From positions 32,001 through 96,000 of IMG/VR virus record IMGVR_UViG_3300026488_000013: DNA of 64,000 nucleotides, one strand, 5' to 3'. This document shows, piece after piece, positions 31,530 to 41,661 of this stretch (position 1 is its first letter; each line of letters opens with the position of its first letter). The notes beneath the pieces are model-generated. The model was not told the origin of the DNA, did not search any database, and worked only from the letters and a program-made list of their open reading frames with translations. The stretch comes from a virus. The position numbers were made by a program, and so were the translations under genes.

Positions 31530-33745
31530 GTGTTGATTTTGAATGAATTTATTCTATCTAATAGGTCTTTAAAAATAGCGCCGTTTAAAGATATATGGAA
31601 CCCTATGTTTAAAGTTAATAGCTGAGCTATTAATAGTTTGATTTGATTAATTAGTTTTATTATAGAATTAATTAAATCGACTATAGGTTTTAGCACCTTA
31701 TCCGTTAAGATTTTTAGTAAAATGTCTAAAAAACTTTCATTTGTATTTGGAATAACAATATTAAGCCCATATGAAAATGCGAATTTTTTGCACGGGTCAA
31801 AATCTACACAAGCGCCGCCGAAAAAAGTGGCGTCTTTCGATAATTCACTGAGATTTTTCAGTTCTAATAACGGTATTTGTTCTATTAACCAATCTGGTAG
31901 TCTAATATCCAGACCGAAGTTAAAATCTATGTTCAAAGCGAAGTTAGATAAATCTTCTAATAAGCTACATATCACATTGTTATATTCTACCTCTACTGCC
32001 CCAGATAGGGAATGTGAAATTTCTTTAATCGCATTCTTAGGATTCGATACTAAACTGCTTGCTATAGTTTTAATTCTGCTTTTATATTCTAATATGGAAT
32101 TTTTTTTAATATTTATAGGTTTATTAAAAGCAGCAACAATATCATTACTTAACTTTGCCAACTCGTTTTTAATATTAATTATCTGTTCATCTAAATTTGA
32201 AGACACATGAATACTAATATATTTGTCCAAAATACTCTTACTGGAATCTGCCGCAGTGACAGACAATTGATTTCCCAAATTTTTAAATGACTCCGATATA
32301 ACAGAAAGCTTACTTTCTACAGTAGAATTTAATTGTTTTACACTTTTTAACATAACATTTAAAATATCGTCTAATTTTTTATTATCATCACAAGAAATAA
32401 TTTTTCCTTCAGAAATTTTATCTATTGCTTCTTGAATTTCTTTTACCTCTTTTTCAGCTATTTCGTTTAAATTTTCTAATGCGGCCTTTATGGTCTTTGG
32501 GACAATTATCGATGTGTTAAAAATATAATTAAGTTTTTCCTTAACCAGATTTGATAATTCCTTAGCTTCATTCAACTTATGTTTTACATAATTTTGAATA
32601 TTCGGAACTATCGATTCTATTTTATCCATAGTATCCTTTGATAGAGGTTTTAACACATCACCATTTTCCTCTTCATATTTCAGTATATCTTCCTCGGTTA
32701 AATCCTCAAAATCATTATTTCCAGTTATTTTATAATGAAAATATTTTGCGAATTTAATTAAATCATCCGCCCCATTTTCAGTTAACTTTTCCTGTTTCTC
32801 GTCTGGCAACTGGGATTTCAAATATAGATACTGATTTATCTTATCTTTAAGTTCTTGTGTTAATTCGTTTAATTGGTTATTTATATTCTCTTTCCTCTGA
32901 TTTACAGACTGTTCTAAAGATTCGTAGTTTTCACAATACGTTTGAATTGACAATATCAATTCGTTATCTACTACAGAATTTATATTAATAATAATATCAT
33001 TTTTTATATTTGTTATAGCTTCCGGAGATTGTTCCAATAATGTTTTTATATATTCGTCAATATTGTTATATTCCGAGCCGTCTGTCTCGGAGGTATCTGT
33101 AGTAGGTAATTCTACACTTTGGAGTGCAGTGATTGTTGATTTATATATCTGTTGGTCAATATATGTATCTGGCGCCCATTGAATATTATTTAATATTGCA
33201 TTGAGATTTGGGTTTGTTCCTGCTCCGCCTCCGGATACCGGAGAACCCTGGTGTAGTTGAATAGATTTGGTCGATGTTATTTCAACTTCATCTGTCGCCC
33301 GAATTTTAATTTTTTTACCGGAACTAATTTCAACTCCTTTGTCAGATATTTTAATTCCAGATTCTCCGCCAGAGAATTTTATCTCGATAGAATTATTATT
33401 TTCATCAATTTTTATAGAATGGTTTTTTGGAGTTTGGCATATTATATAAGTCCCTTTGTTTATTACACCTTCTTTTCCAAGTTTAAACACATTGCCTTCA
33501 TATTTTCTATCAATATAACCCGAATTAATATTATCATTCTTAAATTTTATTACAACCCTCTGCCCCTCCAACAAGGGAATATATGTTCCGCTATAACTGT
33601 CTATAATATTTTTTTGCGATGCATCATAAACAACAATAGTATCATCCCCGATTAACTCCGGTATCATTACTTCGACTAAACCGTATTTATCTCCTCCATA
33701 AACTTTTTTTATTACACCTATAAACTCTCTATCTCTTAATCGCAT
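31454..33745 (-). CDS. Baseplate central spike (gp5/VgrG-like) with long C-terminal extension
   Basis: OB-fold FIGVI...GLVEVMIPEL...IPLLEGQRVVIKF, then beta-helix repeats TPKNHSIKIDE... Confidence 0.8.
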   Translation of the reverse strand: MRLRDREFIGVIKKVYGGDKYGLVEVMIPELIGDDTIVVYDASQKNIIDSYSGTYIPLLEGQRVVIKFKNDNINSGYIDRKYEGNVFKLGKEGVINKGTYIICQTPKNHSIKIDENNNSIEIKFSGGESGIKISDKGVEISSGKKIKIRATDEVEITSTKSIQLHQGSPVSGGGAGTNPNLNAILNNIQWAPDTYIDQQIYKSTITALQSVELPTTDTSETDGSEYNNIDEYIKTLLEQSPEAITNIKNDIIININSVVDNELILSIQTYCENYESLEQSVNQRKENINNQLNELTQELKDKINQYLYLKSQLPDEKQEKLTENGADDLIKFAKYFHYKITGNNDFEDLTEEDILKYEEENGDVLKPLSKDTMDKIESIVPNIQNYVKHKLNEAKELSNLVKEKLNYIFNTSIIVPKTIKAALENLNEIAEKEVKEIQEAIDKISEGKIISCDDNKKLDDILNVMLKSVKQLNSTVESKLSVISESFKNLGNQLSVTAADSSKSILDKYISIHVSSNLDEQIINIKNELAKLSNDIVAAFNKPINIKKNSILEYKSRIKTIASSLVSNPKNAIKEISHSLSGAVEVEYNNVICSLLEDLSNFALNIDFNFGLDIRLPDWLIEQIPLLELKNLSELSKDATFFGGACVDFDPCKKFAFSYGLNIVIPNTNESFLDILLKILTDKVLKPIVDLINSIIKLINQIKLLIAQLLTLNIGFHISLNGAIFKDLLDRINSFKINTCITTKTINLTKLVSSEIENLPKIL

Positions 33746-33799
33746 AATTATTTTTGGTTAGCTTTCTAAATTGAATGGAAGAAAGAAAAAAATTTAATA

Positions 33800-34837
33800 T
33801 TAAACCAATTTTAGAATTTCTTTTTCCAGAATATCTGTTTTATCCGGAACATTAATTATACCTGAGACCATCGATTGGGGATATTTGGAAAGTATTAATG
33901 ACACTATGAAGTGGAATAAACTATTGAATATAAAATGATAGAAGTTTTTAAATATACTTGAATGGACTTTAACAAATTCGTTAATTGGGATTAGATATAA
34001 ACCCAAATTCTTAAGTAAAATGGGAAGTTGGTTTATATTTTTATATTGGTTTATTCCTATTTGGAGAAGTTCGACCACGACCGATTTCCGTTTTACTTCC
34101 AAAATATCACTTAATTCGGTCAAATATCTGTCCCAGTCTTTAACAACGTAATATTGGTTAGTTAATACACCGGCGATAGACAATTTAATCAAATCATTGT
34201 CATTAGCATTTTTAAAGTTTTTAAACACAGTTTTTATAAACTCCGAATATATTTCTGTTAATTCGGGTATTACATTAAAAGGTGATTCAAAATATTTATA
34301 ATTAGCTATCATTACTTTTAATAATTTTGCACCATATATCGAATAATACAAATCGGGTGCAGAGGATTCTATCTCAGACATTGCAACCGAATATAATTGA
34401 TTTACAAACTTTAATTCTTCTTCCGACAAATCATCGGGCGATTCTATCTTGGATTGTCTGGAGTTAATAATATTAAACAGTTTCGAATATCTCAAATTAT
34501 CAAGAATTACATAGGGATATATCGCATCTATATCCTCACTCGCCGGCATATGGGAGTAATATAATATTCTTAAAGGAAAAATATTTCTGGATACAAACGC
34601 TAAATTTATCTCGGCGGTTTTTAATACATCATTTACTATCTTATTGACATGGGTGGCCGAAACCTTCTTTGAATAAGCATTTATTATATTTAAAAATTCC
34701 TCTTCAAAATTATGACCTAACGATTTTAAAAAATCCGCCCTTATTATTTCTATTAAATGTTTTTTCAAAGCTTCTTGTAAAATCTTATAATCTAATTGAA
34801 CATAATCGAGATTTTTAAATTTTGCCTGCACCGCCAT
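33800..34837 (-). CDS. Hypothetical protein
   Basis: GGAG RBS; 345 aa ORF. Confidence 0.75.
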   Translation of the reverse strand: MAVQAKFKNLDYVQLDYKILQEALKKHLIEIIRADFLKSLGHNFEEEFLNIINAYSKKVSATHVNKIVNDVLKTAEINLAFVSRNIFPLRILYYSHMPASEDIDAIYPYVILDNLRYSKLFNIINSRQSKIESPDDLSEEELKFVNQLYSVAMSEIESSAPDLYYSIYGAKLLKVMIANYKYFESPFNVIPELTEIYSEFIKTVFKNFKNANDNDLIKLSIAGVLTNQYYVVKDWDRYLTELSDILEVKRKSVVVELLQIGINQYKNINQLPILLKNLGLYLIPINEFVKVHSSIFKNFYHFIFNSLFHFIVSLILSKYPQSMVSGIINVPDKTDILEKEILKLV

Positions 34838-34856
34838 TTTGTTCTCCAGCTACTTT

Positions 34857-35069
34857 TTATTTTTTATAAAACTTTTGAAGCTGAAACATTAAACGGTTTT
34901 TCATATATTGTTTCAGTCCCGGTATATGCGTTCGTTTTAAATTATGTAGAGTTGATTGAGCTTTAATAAATCTCTGGTGAGAATTAACATATGTTTTTAA
35001 TGGTATTTGGTAAGTATTACTGGCTCGAGTAAATTTATTCGCTAAAAGCTTAAATAAACTCCCATACAT
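34857..35069 (-). CDS. Small basic hypothetical protein
   Basis: Fills the gap on the coding strand. Confidence 0.5.
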   Translation of the reverse strand: MYGSLFKLLANKFTRASNTYQIPLKTYVNSHQRFIKAQSTLHNLKRTHIPGLKQYMKNRLMFQLQKFYKK

Positions 35070-35098
35070 TTTCGCACTGTTAGTTAATACTACACCGA

Positions 35099-36268
35099 TT
35101 ATTTTCTCTTAAATATATGAATATCCAATCTTATATTCCCGTTTTTAAAATCAGATATAACATCAGGTGAAATTACATTTTTATCCAACCTTAAATGCTT
35201 TTCCAATTTATTGCTGTTAATTTCTTCGATAATAAAGTCGTTATTTAAATTCGAATAAAGATTTGAATTCACTGGAATAAAACATCCATATTTATCAGTA
35301 TTGGATAAACTGTCAACATCTAATGAAAATTTAAGTGTTAGGAATCGTTCATCCTCATTAATAATATTTTCATTAGTAAAATACGTCGAAATAACATAAC
35401 TGGATAAAGAATACTGGGAAGAATAATTTTTGTAAATGTCTATTGGGGTGTATGATGTTGCGGCCGTTGCAAAATATCTGTATTCATTATATGGTGCAAT
35501 TCGCAATGTTATTTTATCAGGATATGATGTTCCTATTACAATTAACTGTATCGGCAATTCTAAAATAACATTAAACGATATTTCAATTTTTGAATACAAT
35601 GAAGATTGCAGAAGGTCTCTTTTTTGAGAATTATCTATGTTATCGGCTACCTGCACCAGCGGCCGCATTTCAAAAGGTGCAAAAACTATATTACTTTTCC
35701 CGGTAATATAATCTGTATTTACATACAAATAATAAATTTCATCATTTTCCAAGTCCCAATCTGGTAAATTATCCTCGAAATTATATAGGGGAATAAACGA
35801 TATTATTTTCGATGTTGGCGACGGAAAATAAAAATATGAACCCGGAGGAAATAAACTTTGCAACACATGCTTTATTTGGACAGCGTTTAGATTTGAATTA
35901 TCAAAAATCCTCATTGTGAAATTAAATTGAAATAGTTGATTTGATGCCAATATGGCCTGATTCTTAGTTTCATTGACACATATATATTGTTCAAACACAT
36001 TATTTCCAAACGGGGCCGCACTTACAATTGGTATTCTATTGAATTGTTCTACTGGGTAAAAGTCGCTTACCTCAAAAAATACTTTCCTCGGAATATTAAT
36101 TTGTTTTTCATCCAATAATTTTTTAATGGTAAATGTATAATCTGAGAATGAATATTCAATTACCGGGAAATAATCGTATCCAAAGAATTTATTGAGACCC
36201 GCACTAAAATTTACAAAAAAATCTTTTAATATCTGGTATATAGGTATAAAAAACCTGCCCGAATCCAT
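35099..36268 (-). CDS. Hypothetical structural protein (tail completion-like?)
   Basis: Beta-rich 389 aa ORF in the structural region. Confidence 0.65.
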   Translation of the reverse strand: MDSGRFFIPIYQILKDFFVNFSAGLNKFFGYDYFPVIEYSFSDYTFTIKKLLDEKQINIPRKVFFEVSDFYPVEQFNRIPIVSAAPFGNNVFEQYICVNETKNQAILASNQLFQFNFTMRIFDNSNLNAVQIKHVLQSLFPPGSYFYFPSPTSKIISFIPLYNFEDNLPDWDLENDEIYYLYVNTDYITGKSNIVFAPFEMRPLVQVADNIDNSQKRDLLQSSLYSKIEISFNVILELPIQLIVIGTSYPDKITLRIAPYNEYRYFATAATSYTPIDIYKNYSSQYSLSSYVISTYFTNENIINEDERFLTLKFSLDVDSLSNTDKYGCFIPVNSNLYSNLNNDFIIEEINSNKLEKHLRLDKNVISPDVISDFKNGNIRLDIHIFKRK

Positions 36269-36343
36269 ACTATAAAAAATTGATGAATTTAGCCCGGAAA
36301 AAGAAAGATAGAGAAACTTAAAAACACGAAAGAATAATATTTA

Positions 36344-36751
36344 TCATTCCAATTCTTCTTCTATCATAAACGCTTCTTTTAATACCTTACCTGCATACTC
36401 CTCATTTTCCATTATTTGAGATACCAAAATGTCTCCAATTATTTCTTCGGTCAATATTTCACTAACTTTCTTAACAAATTTAGCTAATTCATTTTCACTA
36501 ACATCTTGGGGTGGGTCGTCGCTTTCAAATATTGCTTCACCTTTATTTATATCAATTCCTAAATCTTGTGCCGCCGTTTCAAGGATAACATTTCTAAACT
36601 TATTATCTTGTATAAATTTTGTTAAATTTTCTTCTATAATCTTATTAACCAACTCTTGGTTAATTATTTCGACCACATTTTCCTGTAATAGTTTTTTTTC
36701 TATTTCTTTTAATGTTTTATCTACTACTTGTTCTAAAATTTTGGTATTCAT
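36344..36751 (-). CDS. Acidic protein, possible head core/scaffold component
   Basis: AGGAGG RBS; ILE, LQE, IEE, IFE, LTE, IME motifs. Confidence 0.7.
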   Translation of the reverse strand: MNTKILEQVVDKTLKEIEKKLLQENVVEIINQELVNKIIEENLTKFIQDNKFRNVILETAAQDLGIDINKGEAIFESDDPPQDVSENELAKFVKKVSEILTEEIIGDILVSQIMENEEYAGKVLKEAFMIEEELE

Positions 36752-36888
36752 TTTATTTACCTCCTTTTTATTTTTTTAAAGAGGAAAAAGCTGAGTTTCA
36801 TATTCAAATGTATCACATAAAATAAAAATAATTCAAATGATAAAAGGTAATTGATGAATTTGGATTTTCTGATGAAGTTATATTTATC

Positions 36889-38100
36889 TTATTTGGTTAT
36901 ATCTATTAATTTAGTAAACTCTACATTTAGCAATTGTAAATGCTCCGCAATATTGTAAAATCTGCCAATTGGTTTTGGGTTATTTAATTTGAAATCAATA
37001 ATTTTATCAATATGTTTATTAATAAATTTTTCTGCGGCGGTTATATCATAAGCCGGTGCAATATATGATGTAATTTCATTTATTTTATCTATTACCACTT
37101 CTTTTTCATTATACAACTTGTTTATTACACCAAGATATTTAGTCATTACCAGTTCTTTATTCTGGAGAAGTTTATTAATTCCGTCCGTAATGGTATTAAC
37201 ATTTATAGCTGAATAATCACCATGTGGTAATAGCAATATCTCATTCATCAAAAACACCCTGTTTAACTCATTCCCAATATCATACAAAAATATTCCCATA
37301 TCATTGTTTACTAAAAAATCGCCAATTATTCCAGATAAATATTCTTTAACCATACTTAGGATTAGAACATCATCTTCATTTTTTATTATTTTATCACACC
37401 TATTACATTTTGGTAATTTGGTTAGCATAAAATCTGGATGGAAAATTATATGGTCTTTACTTTTACTAAGCTCCGCAGCATATTTATAAAATTCTAAAAC
37501 TATCGTATCATAATTTTGTTCTAACAATTCTTCAGTTTTTTCCTGTTCCACAACCGCCGCCTTATAAATATCGTCTACAAAATTATTTATTTCAATATCA
37601 TTTTTTTCTTCACTTTCTATTTTTATTTCATTTTTATAATTTGATTTATTTTCTTCACTAAAATTGCCCCTATCATTGCATTCAACAGAATTTTCAAATT
37701 CATATCTTGAAATTATAAAATCAATTCCCCTTTCCAATTTTAAAATTAGTTTTAATAATTCATTTAAATTTTTAATTTTAAAAATTAATTTTCCTTTTTT
37801 ATTATTTTTCACGTTTTTAAATAATATTGCAAATTTATAAATTTCATTTTCATAATTTATTTTGATTTTAAATTTTATTTCCAAATTTGAATTAACTTTT
37901 TCAAAATTCTTTATTTTTTTATTTTTTAAAATTTCTAAAGAAATTAAACTTTCTAATATTTTTAATTCAAAAATTAATTCATTTAAAAATTTGTATTCCA
38001 AATTAAAATCATTTATTTCCAATTCTTTAATTTTATCAATTAAAGTAATTAGTTCATTATTTAATTTTTTTTCAATAACCCGATTTAAAGTTTCCAACAT
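36889..38100 (-). CDS. Hypothetical protein
   Basis: TATGGGAAA motif at 38111-38119; CxxC in the central region. Confidence 0.7.
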   Translation of the reverse strand: MLETLNRVIEKKLNNELITLIDKIKELEINDFNLEYKFLNELIFELKILESLISLEILKNKKIKNFEKVNSNLEIKFKIKINYENEIYKFAILFKNVKNNKKGKLIFKIKNLNELLKLILKLERGIDFIISRYEFENSVECNDRGNFSEENKSNYKNEIKIESEEKNDIEINNFVDDIYKAAVVEQEKTEELLEQNYDTIVLEFYKYAAELSKSKDHIIFHPDFMLTKLPKCNRCDKIIKNEDDVLILSMVKEYLSGIIGDFLVNNDMGIFLYDIGNELNRVFLMNEILLLPHGDYSAINVNTITDGINKLLQNKELVMTKYLGVINKLYNEKEVVIDKINEITSYIAPAYDITAAEKFINKHIDKIIDFKLNNPKPIGRFYNIAEHLQLLNVEFTKLIDITK

Positions 38101-38157
38101 AAATTAAATATTTCCCATATTAATTTTTTTTCTTTTAAAAGAGGAAATATATTTTTC

Positions 38158-38475
38158 CACATAATTCTTAAATAAATATTCTTTCAGAAATTAATTTGTT
38201 CCACAAATATGTATCTTATATAATAGGTATCTCTTTTATTTATATCTTTATCTGATGGATGTATAATTCCATTTGTTTTAGATATTAAATGTAGCTTGTT
38301 AGAAAAGTTAACTTTGAAACCAATTTATAAGAAGTTTATAAGAAGGTAAACAAAATTAACTTTAATAACATAATTGTATGAATAAAAAATAAATTAACTT
38401 TAGTATTATAACTCTATTATACAGTAGTATCTTCTCCTATAGTAATTATACCCAACGGATGTATATAATTATTTG
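38158..38475. repeat. Dispersed non-coding element, copy 2 (at the strand switch)
   Basis: Same left and right arms as the 15752 and 55039 copies. Confidence 0.92.
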
Positions 38476-38509
38476 TCTTTAACACAAGAAGCATTTATGT
38501 CATATTTAT

Positions 38510-39478
38510 ATGGATATTTTGGACTTTATGATGGTAGAAAAAACATTAGAAACCAAAATTAACGAATTGCTAGGAAAATTAGATTTAGCTAAAAAACTGT
38601 ATGAAGAAGGTTTGGAAAAGAATAAAGAAGAAATTTCAAAATTAATTGTAGAAATTTGGGAAGGTCTTTTATACTTACAAAATTATCAAAATGTAATTAT
38701 AACCGGGAAGGAAAATTGGCATAAGGAATTAATAAAAGATATTCCACAGTTAGCGATTAGAAATTTAGCTATAATTGAGGAGTTTGGCGAAGCTGCGGAA
38801 TCTTTAAAATATCATTGGTGGAAAAAATCAAAACATATAGATTTTCAGCGGAAATTATATAATATTGACTATTGGTTAGATATTAAAAACAACTTTTTCA
38901 TGGAGCTGGTAGATATTACACATTTTGTTTTAACGTCCGCAATTCCAATATTAATAAAAGAAGAAGTGATAGATAAGGAAAAAATAAAAATAACAGATGA
39001 GGCGGTTAGAAAAATAACAGAGAAAATTGTTATACACGAATTATGTAGAGATTACACTCCAGATGAATTAGATATAGCAACATTTTTAAATTCTTTGATT
39101 TTTATAACCAGCCCGCTATATGCGATTCCAAAATACTTTTATACTAAACAAACTAAGGAAAAAGAACCCATAATAAAACTACCAGTCGTCTCTTTATACT
39201 ATCTAACTGCATTCATTTCGTATACCAAAACATTTAAACATTTTTATAATTTAGTCGCCGTTTATATATCCAAAATGGTTTTGAATGTATTTAGACAAAG
39301 AAATGGATATAAAGAAGGAACTTATATTAAAATTTGGGACATAGATAAAAAATTGGAGGATAATTATTACTTAACAAATGTAATTCTTCCGAAATTAATT
39401 GGCGGAGGACGCTTATCATATCAAAATCTGTTATCTGAGTTAGAACAAAAATATAAAGAGGTAATCGATAATAACTGA
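38510..39478 (+). CDS. dut: Dimeric all-alpha dUTPase (dUTPase_2); probable start 38528
   Basis: EEFGEAAES..YHWWK, ELVDITHF, KMVLNVFRQRNGYKEGTYIKIW...EDN. Confidence 0.88.
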   Translation: MDILDFMMVEKTLETKINELLGKLDLAKKLYEEGLEKNKEEISKLIVEIWEGLLYLQNYQNVIITGKENWHKELIKDIPQLAIRNLAIIEEFGEAAESLKYHWWKKSKHIDFQRKLYNIDYWLDIKNNFFMELVDITHFVLTSAIPILIKEEVIDKEKIKITDEAVRKITEKIVIHELCRDYTPDELDIATFLNSLIFITSPLYAIPKYFYTKQTKEKEPIIKLPVVSLYYLTAFISYTKTFKHFYNLVAVYISKMVLNVFRQRNGYKEGTYIKIWDIDKKLEDNYYLTNVILPKLIGGGRLSYQNLLSELEQKYKEVIDNN

Positions 39479-39515
39479 AAAGAAAAAATATATTATTTTT
39501 CTAATTTATTTTTTC

Positions 39516-41657
39516 TTGCTGTTTCATATTATTTACAATCTATGGATATTAATGTATGCTATGGAAGGTATGGAGCGACCCGAAAAAGTGGTTTCATTAG
39601 GTGTGAGAGCCATAGGTTTTTACAATACAACCGATAGTAGCAGGCTCCATATGATAGCCAAATATATGCCATTTCAAGCAGTTCCTTTTGAACATAACGA
39701 AGTGCCTCGCCTCATACCCATCGATTTAATAGATATTGCAAATTATTCCAATACGGGTGAGTTTATATACATCGCAGAAGATGATGGAAAAGTTATCTAT
39801 TCTGACAATGATGTAATATTAATAAAACTTAATTCCAATGTTTACAAAATATTTTATACACCAAAATATAAATATCTGTTCGATACATTTGGAACCAAAT
39901 TAAAAAGAAAACTGAAAACCGGGGATGCATTTAAAAAAGGTGATGTTATTTTCGAATATCATGGATTCGAAAATGGAATACCAACGCCTGGATACAATAT
40001 GAAAATCATGATAGGAACTTTAAATTTTCTAAATTTTGAGGACGCTGTTATAGTATCTGAGAGTTTCGCTAAAAAAGTTGGTTGGTATATGTATAAGGAA
40101 TATATAATTCCTGTTTATGTTCATACTAAAATTAAGAAATTGCCTAAGGCGGGCGAAATATATAAAGAAGGAGATACCATACTTGAAATAGAAGAGAATA
40201 GAATATACTTCCAAGCATATAAGAATGTAGATATGATAAGAACGAAATCTTCTAGAAAAAGCGGCAACAATAAAGGCTTTATTAAAAAACTAAATAAAAC
40301 TATTAATGATTTGATGAAAACATTAGAGGATGAAAAATATGCTATAAAAAAATCCTCAATAGTGATAGAGGATGCAGAAGAGGCAGAAATCTACAAAGTA
40401 GAAGCAATACCTATTAGAGCAGATAAATTGATATTTTGGGATGATGATACTAATAAAATGTTAGAAGAATTATCAAAAGAAACGTATTTAAAAAAATATA
40501 AAGAAGTATTAAAAGGTATCAAAGAAAATCTAGATACTAAACTGTCTGAGGAAAAAATAAATAATAAAATAGTCAAAAAGGTTTTCCATGTTAGTAAACG
40601 AAATCCGATAAACATATTACAAAATAAAGCATATTTAGGGTATATATTGAGAATAATAGTTGTTAGCAAAGTAAGATTTAAACCTGGGGATAAAATATCG
40701 ACGATGGGTGCAAATAAAGGAGTGAGTGCTATAGTTGTCCCGGACGAATTAATGCCAGAGATAAAAGAAACGGGCGAGCCGATAGACATGGTTATATCCC
40801 CAATGGCAACTCCCTCCAGAATGAACATAAATCACATATATGAATTTTGGATAAATAAGCTGTTATTATGGATTGAGAACAAAATTAAATCATATAGAGA
40901 TATGAATTCCGAAGAAATTGATAATGTATTAGAATTATTGATTGAAATAGCTGAAATGTTATACAGGGCTGCCCCTGAAGAAGATAAGGAGTATTTTAAA
41001 ATACAATTAAACGAATTCCTTGAAATAAAGGACAATATAGTGAAAAAAGAAGAGTTCATCAATAAAATAAGAAACGGTGAAAAAATACGATTGTTTATAC
41101 CATCTTTTAAAGAACCTGACGCATTTGATATAGAAGACATTAGAAAATTATTTCTCAAATATAATATTCCCGAACATATGGAATTAGTTTTTAAACCAAA
41201 ACAATTATTTAATCACATAACAAAAAGAGATAATGAATATCTTCCAGATGAACTTATTTTAGAATGTTCAGTATCGGAAATGTATATGTTAAATCTGAAA
41301 CATATATCTAAATTAAAAATGAATGCCAGAGCTACCGGCAAATACTCTAGAACAACCTTACTGCCGCCCAGAGGCAGAAAGAAACATGGCGGTTCCAGAA
41401 TAGGTAATGATGAAGTTGCAATATTATTCTCATACGATTCTATGCCAGTAATAACAGAAATGCTGAAAATAAAAGCAGACGACCATATAAACAAAGTAAG
41501 AATGATACATTATGCGGAGCTAGGGCAATCTTTTAGTATAAAGAATATGAAAGATACGGATACCGTCATAACATCAATATTAGAAAACGCACTTAATACA
41601 CAGGGAATATCTATTGAAAAAATAACTAAGGACAAAAAGTTATTTAAATCCATATAA
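39516..41657 (+). CDS. Phage multisubunit RNA polymerase beta subunit, C-terminal part; probable start 39552 or 39561
   Basis: DSSRLHM...QAVP, FEDAVIVSE, GDKI...NKGV, PSRMN, LKH...ARATGKYS...GGSRIGNDE. Confidence 0.93.
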   Translation: MLFHIIYNLWILMYAMEGMERPEKVVSLGVRAIGFYNTTDSSRLHMIAKYMPFQAVPFEHNEVPRLIPIDLIDIANYSNTGEFIYIAEDDGKVIYSDNDVILIKLNSNVYKIFYTPKYKYLFDTFGTKLKRKLKTGDAFKKGDVIFEYHGFENGIPTPGYNMKIMIGTLNFLNFEDAVIVSESFAKKVGWYMYKEYIIPVYVHTKIKKLPKAGEIYKEGDTILEIEENRIYFQAYKNVDMIRTKSSRKSGNNKGFIKKLNKTINDLMKTLEDEKYAIKKSSIVIEDAEEAEIYKVEAIPIRADKLIFWDDDTNKMLEELSKETYLKKYKEVLKGIKENLDTKLSEEKINNKIVKKVFHVSKRNPINILQNKAYLGYILRIIVVSKVRFKPGDKISTMGANKGVSAIVVPDELMPEIKETGEPIDMVISPMATPSRMNINHIYEFWINKLLLWIENKIKSYRDMNSEEIDNVLELLIEIAEMLYRAAPEEDKEYFKIQLNEFLEIKDNIVKKEEFINKIRNGEKIRLFIPSFKEPDAFDIEDIRKLFLKYNIPEHMELVFKPKQLFNHITKRDNEYLPDELILECSVSEMYMLNLKHISKLKMNARATGKYSRTTLLPPRGRKKHGGSRIGNDEVAILFSYDSMPVITEMLKIKADDHINKVRMIHYAELGQSFSIKNMKDTDTVITSILENALNTQGISIEKITKDKKLFKSI

Positions 41658-41661
41658 CACT

